Source of the DNA: a virus
DNA: 64,000 nt
IMG/VR virus record: IMGVR_UViG_3300002092_001594
Span: 32,001-96,000 of that record
Direction: 5' to 3' (one strand)
The notes below the pieces were generated by a model. That model was not told where the DNA came from and made no database searches. It saw only the letters and a program-made list of their open reading frames with translations. Position 1 is the stretch's first letter, and each line of letters begins with the position of its first letter. This document shows positions 27,375-37,700 of the stretch, piece after piece. Both the position numbers and the translations under genes were made by a program.

Positions 27375-28751
27375 TTATTTCCCTAATTCAAAGAATCTTT
27401 GCTGTAAATAATTTCTTTCTTCTGCACTAAAATTAGTAGTCGGAGCCTTAGGTCCTTGAGTACCATTTTCTACCGTAAATTCCCCCTCTTCCATCTCTCT
27501 ATTTAAAATTTCTATATTACCGTTTTCAGTGTTAATTTTCATTGGATAGGTCATTCCATCACCGCCATATCGATTCTTCATAATATGTGCTCTTCCAGTA
27601 CCGTTCATCTTATCTAAACGCTTTCTTGATAAAGACATTGCAAAATCCGCAATCATAACTTTATTATATGAACCTGCTGCTTTATCTCCTTCAATTACAT
27701 CATCTTTTGCTCCTGCTCTATTTACTTGAGATACAGTCCAAATTGGAAGTTTCAAGTCTCTTGCTAAAGCCTTAGTAGAGATATAGATATCATCAATTTC
27801 ATCTTTTCTGTCAATAGATTTACGTTTAGATTTTAATAAATCTACGTAATCGATAATAACTAAATCTGGTCGAGTTCCAAGGTCAGTCATTTTCTGAATA
27901 TGAGATTCTATACTTGCTATAGATGCTTTACCCATTGAAAATTCTTTAATAATTAACTTACCTTTAAGCTTCTCAATCATCTCATTAACTTCCTGTCTAT
28001 GTAAACCTAATTCCTGTACTTTAAGACCTGTAAAAGTAGCATCGTATCTTCTACCCATATATCCTTCTGATAATTCTAAAGTATAGTGGACTACAGTATA
28101 GCCTAATGATACAGGCATAGCACCTAATGCAGTTAACATCCAACTCTTACCCCCACCTGGATTACCGAAAATAATTCCTACATCACCAGCTCCTAATCCT
28201 CCCTGTAACAAGTCATTAACATGAGGCCAAGGTGTTGGTATAGGATTTCTATCTTCTGCTCTATAACGAGTTTCAGTATCTTTTTCATACTCGTGACCTA
28301 GATTTTTATCCATACCAGCTTTTAATGCTGAATCGATTAAGTATCTAATATCGTCGTATTGTCCTTTCTCTAATAAATCAACTGAAGATAATAATGCTTT
28401 CTTTAACTGCTGGTTCTTACAGAAGTTAGCAAACTCCTGCTCTACATACTCCTGATCTTCGTTAGATGCTTTATAAGCTTCTTTTAATTGCTCGATAACA
28501 GATACTTTTAATACCTCGTTATCAATTTTTTTAACCTCTACCTGTAATGCGTCTAAAGAAGGTGTAGTATGATATTTGTAATGGTATTTTAAAATCTCTT
28601 CTACAATCCATTTATGTGCTGGATTATCAAAATACTCCTCTTCTAATATGTCGTGTATGTTCTGTAAAAATTCTTTATGCTTTAGTAAGCTTGACATCAC
28701 CTTTACCTGAAAGCCTACTCCGTATTGATTCAACTGATTTAAAACTGCCAT
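27375..28751 (-). CDS. dnaB: replicative DnaB/gp41-like helicase
   Basis: GNPGGGKS Walker A, YTLEL, IIDYVDLL, SQVNR, KNRYG. Confidence 0.93.
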   Translation of the reverse strand: MAVLNQLNQYGVGFQVKVMSSLLKHKEFLQNIHDILEEEYFDNPAHKWIVEEILKYHYKYHTTPSLDALQVEVKKIDNEVLKVSVIEQLKEAYKASNEDQEYVEQEFANFCKNQQLKKALLSSVDLLEKGQYDDIRYLIDSALKAGMDKNLGHEYEKDTETRYRAEDRNPIPTPWPHVNDLLQGGLGAGDVGIIFGNPGGGKSWMLTALGAMPVSLGYTVVHYTLELSEGYMGRRYDATFTGLKVQELGLHRQEVNEMIEKLKGKLIIKEFSMGKASIASIESHIQKMTDLGTRPDLVIIDYVDLLKSKRKSIDRKDEIDDIYISTKALARDLKLPIWTVSQVNRAGAKDDVIEGDKAAGSYNKVMIADFAMSLSRKRLDKMNGTGRAHIMKNRYGGDGMTYPMKINTENGNIEILNREMEEGEFTVENGTQGPKAPTTNFSAEERNYLQQRFFELGK

Positions 28752-28770
28752 AACTAATTCTCTTTATTCT

Positions 28771-28801
28771 TTAATGTAGTAAACTATTCTTGATCTTTCA
28801 A
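28771..28801 (-). promoter_or_regulatory. Bacteroidota-type sigma70 promoter
   Basis: TTG-N20-TACATTAA. Confidence 0.6.
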
Positions 28802-29821
28802 CTTATACTGTGTTAATTTTGCAAAAGTTTCACTTAACCATATTTGAGGACTAAGTAAAGTCTTACCTAACAAGTCTTCGTTATATAATTTTACAAACCT
28901 AGTAGGGTCGTATTCATTATTTGGGTTATTTAATAGATGATCTATTGTAACCTTATCTTCTTGAGGTATGTTTGGACTATGTAAATCCATTAATTTTCTG
29001 TTTATATCTAATTGATAAGAAAAATTAAGTATATCACCATAATGTTTACTTTTTGCAATATTTTGCTTTGCATGTTCTAGTAAAACTAACAACCTAAATT
29101 TCTCTTCTTCTTTTAATTGAGGAAAAAGCTTTATTAATGTCTTTGCACCAATACCTTTTACCCCAGGTACATTATCGCCCTTATCTCCCAATATAACTTT
29201 ACCTACTAAAAAGTTTTGAGGTGTAATTCCGTACTCTTTTACTACTCTAGCCGGGTCATAGATTATCTTCTTAACTGGTGAATAAACAGATATTTTATCT
29301 GATACGAGTTGTAAGTAATCTTGGTCAGTAGATAATATAGTTACCTTTTCGGGAAACCTAGTTGCAAGGTATCCAATTACGTCATCTGCTTCAATTTTAT
29401 CTACTGCAATTAAATCAACAGGTAGGCACTTTAAATAAGAGACTAAGCGTAAGATTTGATTGGTAATAGATTCAGATTCTTCTTCTTGATTATCAAATGC
29501 ATCCCAGTTTGAGATTTTAGTAATATGTCTATTAGCTTTATACTCTGGGTAAAGGTATCTTTTATTTGTTGAACCACCAACACCGTCAAAAACTAAAATA
29601 ACCCTTGTAGGTTGTATTTGTTTTATCACAGCACCGACTGATTTTAAAAAACCTCCTAGTCCTCCTACGTGGTTACCTGCTGGATTTACGTGATGTATTG
29701 CTACAAAACTACGTAAAAACGTATTTAACGAATCCACAATAAGAACCCTGCTATCTTTATGCAGGGTCGTTACCGGTTCATTTTCCATTTCCGTAAACAT
29801 TTTTCTATAGTCTGTATTCAT
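28784..29821 (-). CDS. 5'-3' exonuclease / flap endonuclease (PolA N-terminal, T4 RNase H-like)
   Basis: LIVDSLN, VFDG, YPEYKANR, EADDVI, STDQDYLQL, GDKGDNVPGVKGIGAKT. Confidence 0.94.
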   Translation of the reverse strand: MNTDYRKMFTEMENEPVTTLHKDSRVLIVDSLNTFLRSFVAIHHVNPAGNHVGGLGGFLKSVGAVIKQIQPTRVILVFDGVGGSTNKRYLYPEYKANRHITKISNWDAFDNQEEESESITNQILRLVSYLKCLPVDLIAVDKIEADDVIGYLATRFPEKVTILSTDQDYLQLVSDKISVYSPVKKIIYDPARVVKEYGITPQNFLVGKVILGDKGDNVPGVKGIGAKTLIKLFPQLKEEEKFRLLVLLEHAKQNIAKSKHYGDILNFSYQLDINRKLMDLHSPNIPQEDKVTIDHLLNNPNNEYDPTRFVKLYNEDLLGKTLLSPQIWLSETFAKLTQYKLKDQE

Positions 29822-29825
29822 ATTA

Positions 29826-30902
29826 TTATTCTTCTGAAGCGTCAAAAATATCCTTACTGTCGTCGTCGGTTTCTATTATTACATCAAAATCAGTAGCACC
29901 TAAAGTTTTTAACCAGTCTTTTGAATACTGTTTCTTATAGGCATCAATAGCTTGCTTAGTATCATCAATAAAACCGTGTGCGGTCATAATGACTCTACCG
30001 GCGGAAGTAACATCGTTAACGTGATTCTTATCACAACTAACTTTAGTACGCTTTGCAAACTCTACATCTTTACCGTTTTTAGTAGCTTTAATCTTATTTG
30101 TACCTGAACTAGTAACGTTACCGAAAGTAACAATTAATGAAGCGTCAAAGTACATCGTATCTCCGCCTTTATTTTTCATCTTAGGCTGTGCCATGATGTT
30201 TTCTGCTTTAGCTACCCAGATTTTATTCACTGCTAGCATTGAGTTGGTATAAGGTTGACTCTCTTTACGTGATAATACGATTTTTTGGTTGATAAAGTTA
30301 CCAAATGTCTTAGACATAGCACCTGCATTCCACTCATTATTGTTCTTATTAGATGTTATAGACATTTCACAAGGTATACTACCTACTGAATCCCATAAAA
30401 ATAATAAATCGTAAGGTAATTTACCGTTCTTTTGTTCGTCTAGTAAATCTGCAATAAATGCACCTACGTCTTCAATACTATTTAGCTTTTCTCTGTCGAT
30501 ATACAAGAAAAAGCCTTTATAATCCTTCACTACTCCGTCTTCATCAGCTACTTCATCAAATTGTAATCCCATTTGCTTGGCATGTTCCCAATTCCACTTC
30601 ATCTCTGTAATGATAAACACAGGTAAGACGCCCATTTTCTGGGCGCTTACCGCTGCTTCTAGAAGAGCTGTTGTTTTACCTGTGTCAGAGTGACCGCGGA
30701 GTAGTGTAATATGGCCTTGTGGGATGCCAGGTATAGATAAACAGTCTTGAAAGGCTTTTGACAAAGGTATCCATTTTTGTTCTTTCATCTTAATCGATGT
30801 ACTAGATAAGTTCTTTGCTTCTTTAAAGCTATCTAGATTAAAGGTACCCTTTAGGGCACCAGCTATACTCTCATTAAGAGAAGCTTTAGTTCCTTTTGCC
30901 AT
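29826..30902 (-). CDS. recA: RecA/UvsX-like recombinase
   Basis: GHSDTGKT Walker A, LWDSVGS Walker B, KGG. Confidence 0.85.
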   Translation of the reverse strand: MAKGTKASLNESIAGALKGTFNLDSFKEAKNLSSTSIKMKEQKWIPLSKAFQDCLSIPGIPQGHITLLRGHSDTGKTTALLEAAVSAQKMGVLPVFIITEMKWNWEHAKQMGLQFDEVADEDGVVKDYKGFFLYIDREKLNSIEDVGAFIADLLDEQKNGKLPYDLLFLWDSVGSIPCEMSITSNKNNNEWNAGAMSKTFGNFINQKIVLSRKESQPYTNSMLAVNKIWVAKAENIMAQPKMKNKGGDTMYFDASLIVTFGNVTSSGTNKIKATKNGKDVEFAKRTKVSCDKNHVNDVTSAGRVIMTAHGFIDDTKQAIDAYKKQYSKDWLKTLGATDFDVIIETDDDSKDIFDASEE

Positions 30903-30910
30903 GTATTTGT

Positions 30911-31720
30911 TTATTTAAATAATTCGTCAAACTCGTCGTCAATGCTTGCCTTAGGTTTAGCGTTTAAAGCAAACGATGCTGGTTTATTAGCAGGAGCTGG
31001 TGCTTCTACTACAGGTGCTACAGGAGCTGCTGGTTCGTCAGTAGCCGCTTCAGGGTGTAACCAGCTTAATAAAGACTCTTTCATCTCATCGTAAGAATAT
31101 TTCTTAAAGATAGTGAATACCTCTGGTTGAGTATTTAACCACTTTTCAACCTCTTTAGCATCTTCTGATAAAGTAGTAGTTTTAGTACGAACACGTACTT
31201 TAGATTGATTATAACCAGTACCGTTAGTTGCTGCATCGGTAGTTTCAATCGTAATATCACGACCATCGATTACATCTGTGTAGTCGCCTACATCAGGATC
31301 GTCAGCTAATGATAATAACTCGGCATAAATTTGTTTACCGAACTCCCATAAGCGTACGCCCTTCTCTTCTTCACCTCTAACGATGACAGGAGCAAATACA
31401 CGCATCTTTGGTTCTAATTTCTTAGACATAACCCAGTTTTCTTTATCACCTGCTGTAGCTAATTGCTTAGCAAACTCAACAATTGGATCTTTTTCACCGA
31501 AGTTAACTAATGAAATCATAGTACGGTTACCAATACCGTAATGTACTAATACTTCCTTAAAAGGATTTGATCTGTCCCATGTAGCTGGAACAATACGAAC
31601 GCTGTGTTTACCCACAGTAGGCTTCCATAAAATCAAAGACATGTCTCTTTTTTGACCGCCTGACTTTTGGTTTTGTAGCGAAGTAAGTTTCGACTTAATC
31701 GCGCTGAGGTCCATTGCCAT
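30911..31720 (-). CDS. single-stranded DNA-binding protein (gp32-like)
   Basis: WKP..G...VRIVP, GVRLWEFGK, DGRDI, acidic C-terminus DDEFDELF; located next to recA. Confidence 0.8.
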   Translation of the reverse strand: MAMDLSAIKSKLTSLQNQKSGGQKRDMSLILWKPTVGKHSVRIVPATWDRSNPFKEVLVHYGIGNRTMISLVNFGEKDPIVEFAKQLATAGDKENWVMSKKLEPKMRVFAPVIVRGEEEKGVRLWEFGKQIYAELLSLADDPDVGDYTDVIDGRDITIETTDAATNGTGYNQSKVRVRTKTTTLSEDAKEVEKWLNTQPEVFTIFKKYSYDEMKESLLSWLHPEAATDEPAAPVAPVVEAPAPANKPASFALNAKPKASIDDEFDELFK

Positions 31721-31756
31721 AACTTATTGTTTTAGTTTAAAAATTTATTCTATAAG

Positions 31757-31787
31757 GAAATGTAAGTAGAAAAATCCGAATTAGCAA
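31757..31787 (-). promoter_or_regulatory. Bacteroidota-type sigma70 promoter for ssb-recA-exonuclease
   Basis: TTG-N20-TACATTTC. Confidence 0.65.
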
Positions 31788-31788
31788 C

Positions 31789-32208
31789 TTAAATAGTAAC
31801 TATTTTGTGGATTTTTGTAGAAAGTTTTCTTAGATCATCGCCTTGAGTAAGCAATACAGTGTTTCTGTAATTTTGCCATTCTACTCTAAAGGACGTGTCT
31901 AAGATTCCCTCATTTAGGGATTTAATTAGAAGGTTTAAACTATTAATCGTGTATAACGTATTGGTTTCCTTCTTTCTATGTAAAAGTATCGTATTTGGAA
32001 GTACTCTTGTATTAGTACTTTGAACTTCAATATTGTAAGTGCACAAAAACTCATCAGACTCCTCAGATTCCAATACAAATATCTTATCGTACATGATAAC
32101 ATATTCGGATTTAATCGTATCTAAAACCTCTTCCAACTTGCTTTTAGGAGAGAATGTGCAAAATAACTTATTCTTCAATTGATCTTGTGTTAACTGTATA
32201 AATTCCAT
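31789..32208 (-). CDS. conserved-type hypothetical phage protein
   Basis: 139-aa ORF; NKLFCTF and HRKKETNTLYTINSLN motifs. Confidence 0.75.
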   Translation of the reverse strand: MEFIQLTQDQLKNKLFCTFSPKSKLEEVLDTIKSEYVIMYDKIFVLESEESDEFLCTYNIEVQSTNTRVLPNTILLHRKKETNTLYTINSLNLLIKSLNEGILDTSFRVEWQNYRNTVLLTQGDDLRKLSTKIHKIVTI

Positions 32209-32230
32209 AATAAATAGTTGGTTCTTAGTG

Positions 32231-33529
32231 TTAAAAGTTATAGTTATCGCCTTTTTTAGCTTTAACCTTATATCCGTCCTCTTCTAATATATCTTTAATG
32301 TGAGATAATGTTCCTTTTCCATCTGATACTGCATAGTCAATTAGTATTGAATCATATACAACTAGAAGTACTTTGCTTTGCTTATCTTTTAAGTAGTCTT
32401 TTAGCTTATTTAGCTTTTTTACGTTATTTACCGTTTCTAGACACTGAATATAGTAGTTAAATAGCTTTTGAGGATTAGCATTTTCTTGAATAAGTTTTCT
32501 ACCGTTTGGTAACTCTAAAAAACCGTTATTTGTATAGGTAGTCCACATAGCTCTTACAGTATGATACACGTCTTCGAAGAATTCAATGTACAGATACTCC
32601 TCTTCTACTCCGTTATACATCTGTCTGAAGGTAATTTTCTTAGCTTCTTGATATTCTTCAGGTGTTAATTCCTCTTTATTAAAATATTGCTTACCTAAAT
32701 ACTCGTGAATTGATTGATTCTGTGGTATATCAGTGTGCATTGCATCAGCAATTAGCCTTATATGATATCCATCGAAGTCAAACTCTACAAAAGCATCGTT
32801 TTGCGGTATAAAAGCCGTTCTAGAACCGTTTTCTTTGTTAAAAGCAAGAAAATTTATACTATTAAATGCATTAGTAGGACGTGAAGTAATGTTATATAGG
32901 TTATAACTTGAGTAAACCCTACTATCCCTTAGAGATCTCCCTTTCCAAGGAGTTTCAAAGTACTTATCAAAGAGCTTTTCATCTACTGAGATTCCCTGCT
33001 CTTCTACCCACTTGTATACTTCTACGTATTTGTCTTGCCATTCAATATTCGACTCCTTTCCTACATACTCTTTCACCATTTCAAACATACACTCACACCT
33101 TTCGTAGTGCTTTGATATTGGTATATAGGTGTTTACTTGAGGTAAATACTTAAATCTTTCGTAGAAGTCTAAATGTACCGGTGTGTAGCATTGAAAATCT
33201 TTAATCTTACCGTCTATATCCAGGACAGTAAAGTTTAAATCAATAGAATGAGGTAAATCAAAATAGTAAGAATGCCATTTTTTATCTAAAAGATATACTT
33301 TCGGTACTTCCTTAAGAAAACTCTCTATTGACTCTAATTTAATTGAAAATCCCTCTGAATGATTAATAGGTATTATGTATCCTTTCTGGAAATCATTATA
33401 ATACAGTACGCAGGATGTGGTTAAAGCTGGATGGGTATGCTCTGATAGAGATACTAGCTCAATAAAGCATTTTCCTGGTTTAGGTAGCTGTGCTAATTGC
33501 TCTTCCGTCTCAACGATAAAATATGCCAT
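32231..33529 (-). CDS. second, divergent family A DNA polymerase-like protein
   Basis: YNITSRP, motif A DFDGYHIRLIA, motif B EAKKITFRQMY, NYYIQ, motif C VVYDSIL; no exo I DxE. Confidence 0.8.
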   Translation of the reverse strand: MAYFIVETEEQLAQLPKPGKCFIELVSLSEHTHPALTTSCVLYYNDFQKGYIIPINHSEGFSIKLESIESFLKEVPKVYLLDKKWHSYYFDLPHSIDLNFTVLDIDGKIKDFQCYTPVHLDFYERFKYLPQVNTYIPISKHYERCECMFEMVKEYVGKESNIEWQDKYVEVYKWVEEQGISVDEKLFDKYFETPWKGRSLRDSRVYSSYNLYNITSRPTNAFNSINFLAFNKENGSRTAFIPQNDAFVEFDFDGYHIRLIADAMHTDIPQNQSIHEYLGKQYFNKEELTPEEYQEAKKITFRQMYNGVEEEYLYIEFFEDVYHTVRAMWTTYTNNGFLELPNGRKLIQENANPQKLFNYYIQCLETVNNVKKLNKLKDYLKDKQSKVLLVVYDSILIDYAVSDGKGTLSHIKDILEEDGYKVKAKKGDNYNF

Positions 33530-33549
33530 ATGTATAACCTTTATTTAAT

Positions 33550-33580
33550 TTAATATAAACTATTTTCTCCAATCTTCCAA
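33550..33580 (-). promoter_or_regulatory. Bacteroidota-type sigma70 promoter
   Basis: TTG-N20-TATATTAA. Confidence 0.6.
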
Positions 33581-34120
33581 GAGTTTATCTGATTTTTCTA
33601 AGTTATCTTCTTTCCATAAAGGCTGTAGATTAGTATAATGAAAACTGCCTTTTTTAGCTAAAGGGATAATATGATCGATTTGCCACTTTCCGTAATTATC
33701 CCAAGACATTACTTCTATAAATTGTTTTTCTAAGTGTACTACTAATTCTTCATACGTACAACCTATATAGGATTCAGCACTACCTAGTTTAGTCTGTCCT
33801 CGTAATTTTAAACCCTTACTTATTCTAGCTCCGACACTATGCCTTAATTTATAAAGGGTATCATACTTTAACACCTTGTGGTAATGTGTTCTCATTATCT
33901 CATTAGACCTTTCTTTATTTTCTTCTCTCCACTTCTTATTGTATTCTCTGAAGTACTCTGGATCTCTTTTATAAAAGTATCCAGGAGTTTTCTCTCTTAC
34001 TTTTCTACCTACAAGCTTTTCACATTCTTTGCATTTAGATTGTCTTTTATCTTTTGTATGCTTATGTTTATGGAATTGATCTAAAGATTTTTCTGTTTTA
34101 CAGACAGTACAAGTTTTCAT
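33560..34120 (-). mobile_element. free-standing HNH homing endonuclease with N-terminal zinc ribbon
   Basis: CTVC...CKEC; MSWDNYGKWQIDHIIPL...FHYTNLQPLW..DN..KS. Confidence 0.88.
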
Positions 34121-34159
34121 ACTAATAAATAGTATAGGTCTATATAAAATACATAACTT

Positions 34160-34792
34160 TTAAGGAGTTATCTTTGCATACTTTGTATACTCCTCTCCAA
34201 TAAATTCTACAATACCTCTAAAACCTACTTGCTTTGCTTCTGTTACTCTTTTATTTGTATCGTAGACACCTCCTTGAACTTGGTATTGAGATAATCTCGT
34301 ATCGTGTAATGGTCCAGTTAACTGCCATAGCATGCTTGTTGACTCGTAACTTAAGACAGCAGGTGAAACATTCCCGTTTTGTAATTGAGAGTAATCCATT
34401 TGAGAAATTTCTATAACGTACTGAGCACCAGAAACAGTTTTTGCAAAATACCTTGTGAAATAACCTCTTGAATAGTCACTAGCAATAGGTACAGGGAAGT
34501 AAGAATTTAGTTCAGACAGTGTTACATCAGAACTTTTAGTCCTTTTTTGAGTATTTTGAGTACTTGCTGCAATATAGGCATTAGAGGTAGGATTACTGCT
34601 ACTGCTAACTACAGGGACAGCGGTTAATTCTTCATTAGTACCTAATACCGGATTTATACCTGTAAAAGCTTTATTCTCATAAGTTAAGTAATACCTTCCA
34701 GCATAAGTCTTCCCGTCGAGGGTAGTAAATTCATTACCTCTTGTATAAAGGTTTGATCTTATTCTTGTAAGTGGATAATATTTTACTGGCAT
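34160..34792 (-). CDS. hypothetical protein of the tail/baseplate operon
   Basis: Last gene of the tail operon; YYP...LYT.G.EF and DY.RGYFTRYF motifs. Confidence 0.7.
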   Translation of the reverse strand: MPVKYYPLTRIRSNLYTRGNEFTTLDGKTYAGRYYLTYENKAFTGINPVLGTNEELTAVPVVSSSSNPTSNAYIAASTQNTQKRTKSSDVTLSELNSYFPVPIASDYSRGYFTRYFAKTVSGAQYVIEISQMDYSQLQNGNVSPAVLSYESTSMLWQLTGPLHDTRLSQYQVQGGVYDTNKRVTEAKQVGFRGIVEFIGEEYTKYAKITP

Positions 34793-34794
34793 AA

Positions 34795-37700
34795 TTATAC
34801 GAAGTTTATAGCCCCATTATAGGCAGCAATTTGATTTATAGTTGAATTTGCAGTAAATTGAGTTAGTCCTATCTTTTTAAAATAGCCTAGTATCTGAGAT
34901 ACATACTGGTTTGGATTATTAGCGGGATCAGAAGGAGGTGCGTACACATTAATATAGTCAGTTATTGTAACTACGTTTTTGTAGTAGTCTCTTTTCTGTA
35001 CTGCATTATTTGTAACACCTAGCATTGCTTGAACTCCATCTGCAAGAGTCGGAAAGTATTTAACAGCTTTTCCAGTATTTCCTACGTTACCTGGATTGTT
35101 TGTTCTGTAAGCTAACGTATCTGGATAGTATCCTTCTACTCCTATTTGAGCTAACATTAATGCTTTAATACCTGTAGTAGTATTAAGTGCTTTTACAGCA
35201 TTTACTACATTAGCTCTAGACGGACCTGTAGGTATTATTACATCCGCTGGTATAACTGTATTTGTAATAATAGGGAAGGTAAGTTGTAATTTCTCTAATG
35301 TTTTAGTAGTTCCATAGTCCGTACTATCTCTTAACTTAATCATTTGTCCTCTAATCTTAGTTAACCATTGGTTATTATCAAGAGTATGAGTTAATCCTAC
35401 TACAACAAATCCTACTTTAGTATTTCTATCTGCACCTCCTTGACCTCTTAGAGATAAAGGAAGTCTATCTTCGGGAATTGTAAAGGCATTACCCATTATA
35501 ATACCTCCGATACCGTCTACTGTTAGATTAATATTAGCAGGAATAAAAGGAGCTGCTATTGTAATTCTATCTGCAGACTTAACCTGTGCTATACCGTTTA
35601 TGTAATAATTTGCTGCAGCACTTACCATTTTTTGAGATAATGCTACACCTCCTCGGTATATACTGACAACGTGTTGATTAAATTCAGTTGCTGCTAGATT
35701 TGCTTGATATTCTTGTGTCTCCTTTTCTTTGTCTGTAGTTTTATTATTTGAATTTGAGTTAGTATTAGAAGAATCAGAGATTGTAGGTTTATAGGTATCG
35801 AAAAAATTAGTATTTAACCAACTAAAAGAGGAATGGTCTGTTGAATTTACCGAGCCTATATTGGATTGTCCTGAGATTGCTATTACCTTAGATAGGTTTG
35901 TGGACATTTCTGTTTCAAATCTCATATCTCTTACCAGACTGTATTTTCCAAATACAGGTAGCTGCCCGTATTTAGGTACATTAACCCCATTAGGTACACC
36001 GTAATTACTAGGAGCAGCTGTAATGTCCATTGTCCAATCTTCACCAGCTATAGGAGGTACAAATTGATCATCTTTAATAATGACTGTATTACTGTCATCT
36101 CTATAAGCTACTCTAAAAGAATTTAAATTACCTGTTGCTTTATTTATCCCAGTCATAATATCATCTAAAAAACCTTTTAGATCTACCGTATGATCTGGGC
36201 TGCTAGTCGTTCTTGCATTTAAAGTACTAATTAAAAAATCTATATTTAGTAGGATCTCCATTGTACTACCTTGGTAGGGATTATCACTTGCTTTAAATTT
36301 AGGTAAATACCAAGATACTTCGTTAAGGTTTTCATTAAAGAGGGTATCACTGTTAGGATCGGGGTTAGGAGCTACATCTGGCGGGAATAGCTTTAGGTAA
36401 TCTATTTGATTTCCTTGGTAAGGAATCATACAGGTGAATGGGTCTATAGACATATGCTGAGGCATAGTCAAGCAAAAATTTGTATATGGATTAAAATCTA
36501 GGTAAACGTACGGATGTTTATCTACATCCTGTCTTGAATCGTAAATTAAGCACATAGCGTTTAAAAAAGATAGTACGTAACCTAGTTTTAAATATGCCGG
36601 ATGATTAACTTGATTAGCATCGTCTTGTATAGTCCACCTAATACCATAAGCTGTGGATAGGTCTTTAAAATTAACTGATTTAATACTGTTAAATAACGCA
36701 GGGTCATTTTTAGCATTTACCATTAAGTTACTGTTAAAGCCTTTTAATGCATATTGTATTAAATTAAATTCGGATGTAGTTCTATCTTCGGGGGTATCAA
36801 AAAGTGTTTCTAGTATAGTTCCTAGGTAGAATTTTCTTGTTAAGCCTATTAGCGATACGTTAACTACATCGTTTCGATCTGTAGTCATTGTAAATTCGAC
36901 TTGACTTTTAACTGCTGCAAGCATTGCATGTAGTGCAGAGGCAAATCTATAACCGGGATCGGTTTGTGTAGGTGTTGAATTGTTATCGATACCGCCATTA
37001 TTACCTGCATCAGCATTTTGTATGGCATTTTGAGGAGTGCTTTCGGGTACAGGGGAAGCTAAGACAGATTCTATTAAAGCTGTATTTGTAAACTCTATAG
37101 TTAATGTTGAAATCGCTTTATTAGGTATAGTAATTTTAAAAGTTCCTTTTACTGTAACGTTATTAGCTGTGTTAGTAGTATTTTCTATAGAAGTTATTTG
37201 AACTTTTCTATCGTTTAAAAACCAATCTTCTAATGCAGCTATAATTTCTTTTCTTGTTGGTCTTATTAATAAATCATCTGCTTCTTTTCCTTTTTCAGGA
37301 TTAGGGAGAGGGGTGTACGTTATTGTAAGAGTATAGGGTTTTAAAATAACATTACCTGTTTTTGGATTTTTTACAGGAGCAGGAAATAGGAGGGTTACTG
37401 TAAGAGGTATATCTTTAAATGCTCCAGCTTGGGAGTAGATATATTCATCAGGCCCTAAAGAAAGTCCATTTCCGTATCCAAGAGAATTAATTGCAGTAGC
37501 TAGAGAAGTTTGAGGGTAGCGGTATAGGTTATAATCAAAAGCTTTAATAAATTGATTTGACCCTAGTAAGTTATTGTCTTGTAAATTTACATAGCCTAGA
37601 GAACTGTTATCAAGTTGGCTTGCTCTAAATGCTGTAAGATTAAGTAGTCCTGCAGATAAAACCACTTCAGGATAGTTGTCCGCAGGAATTAAAGTCCAAG

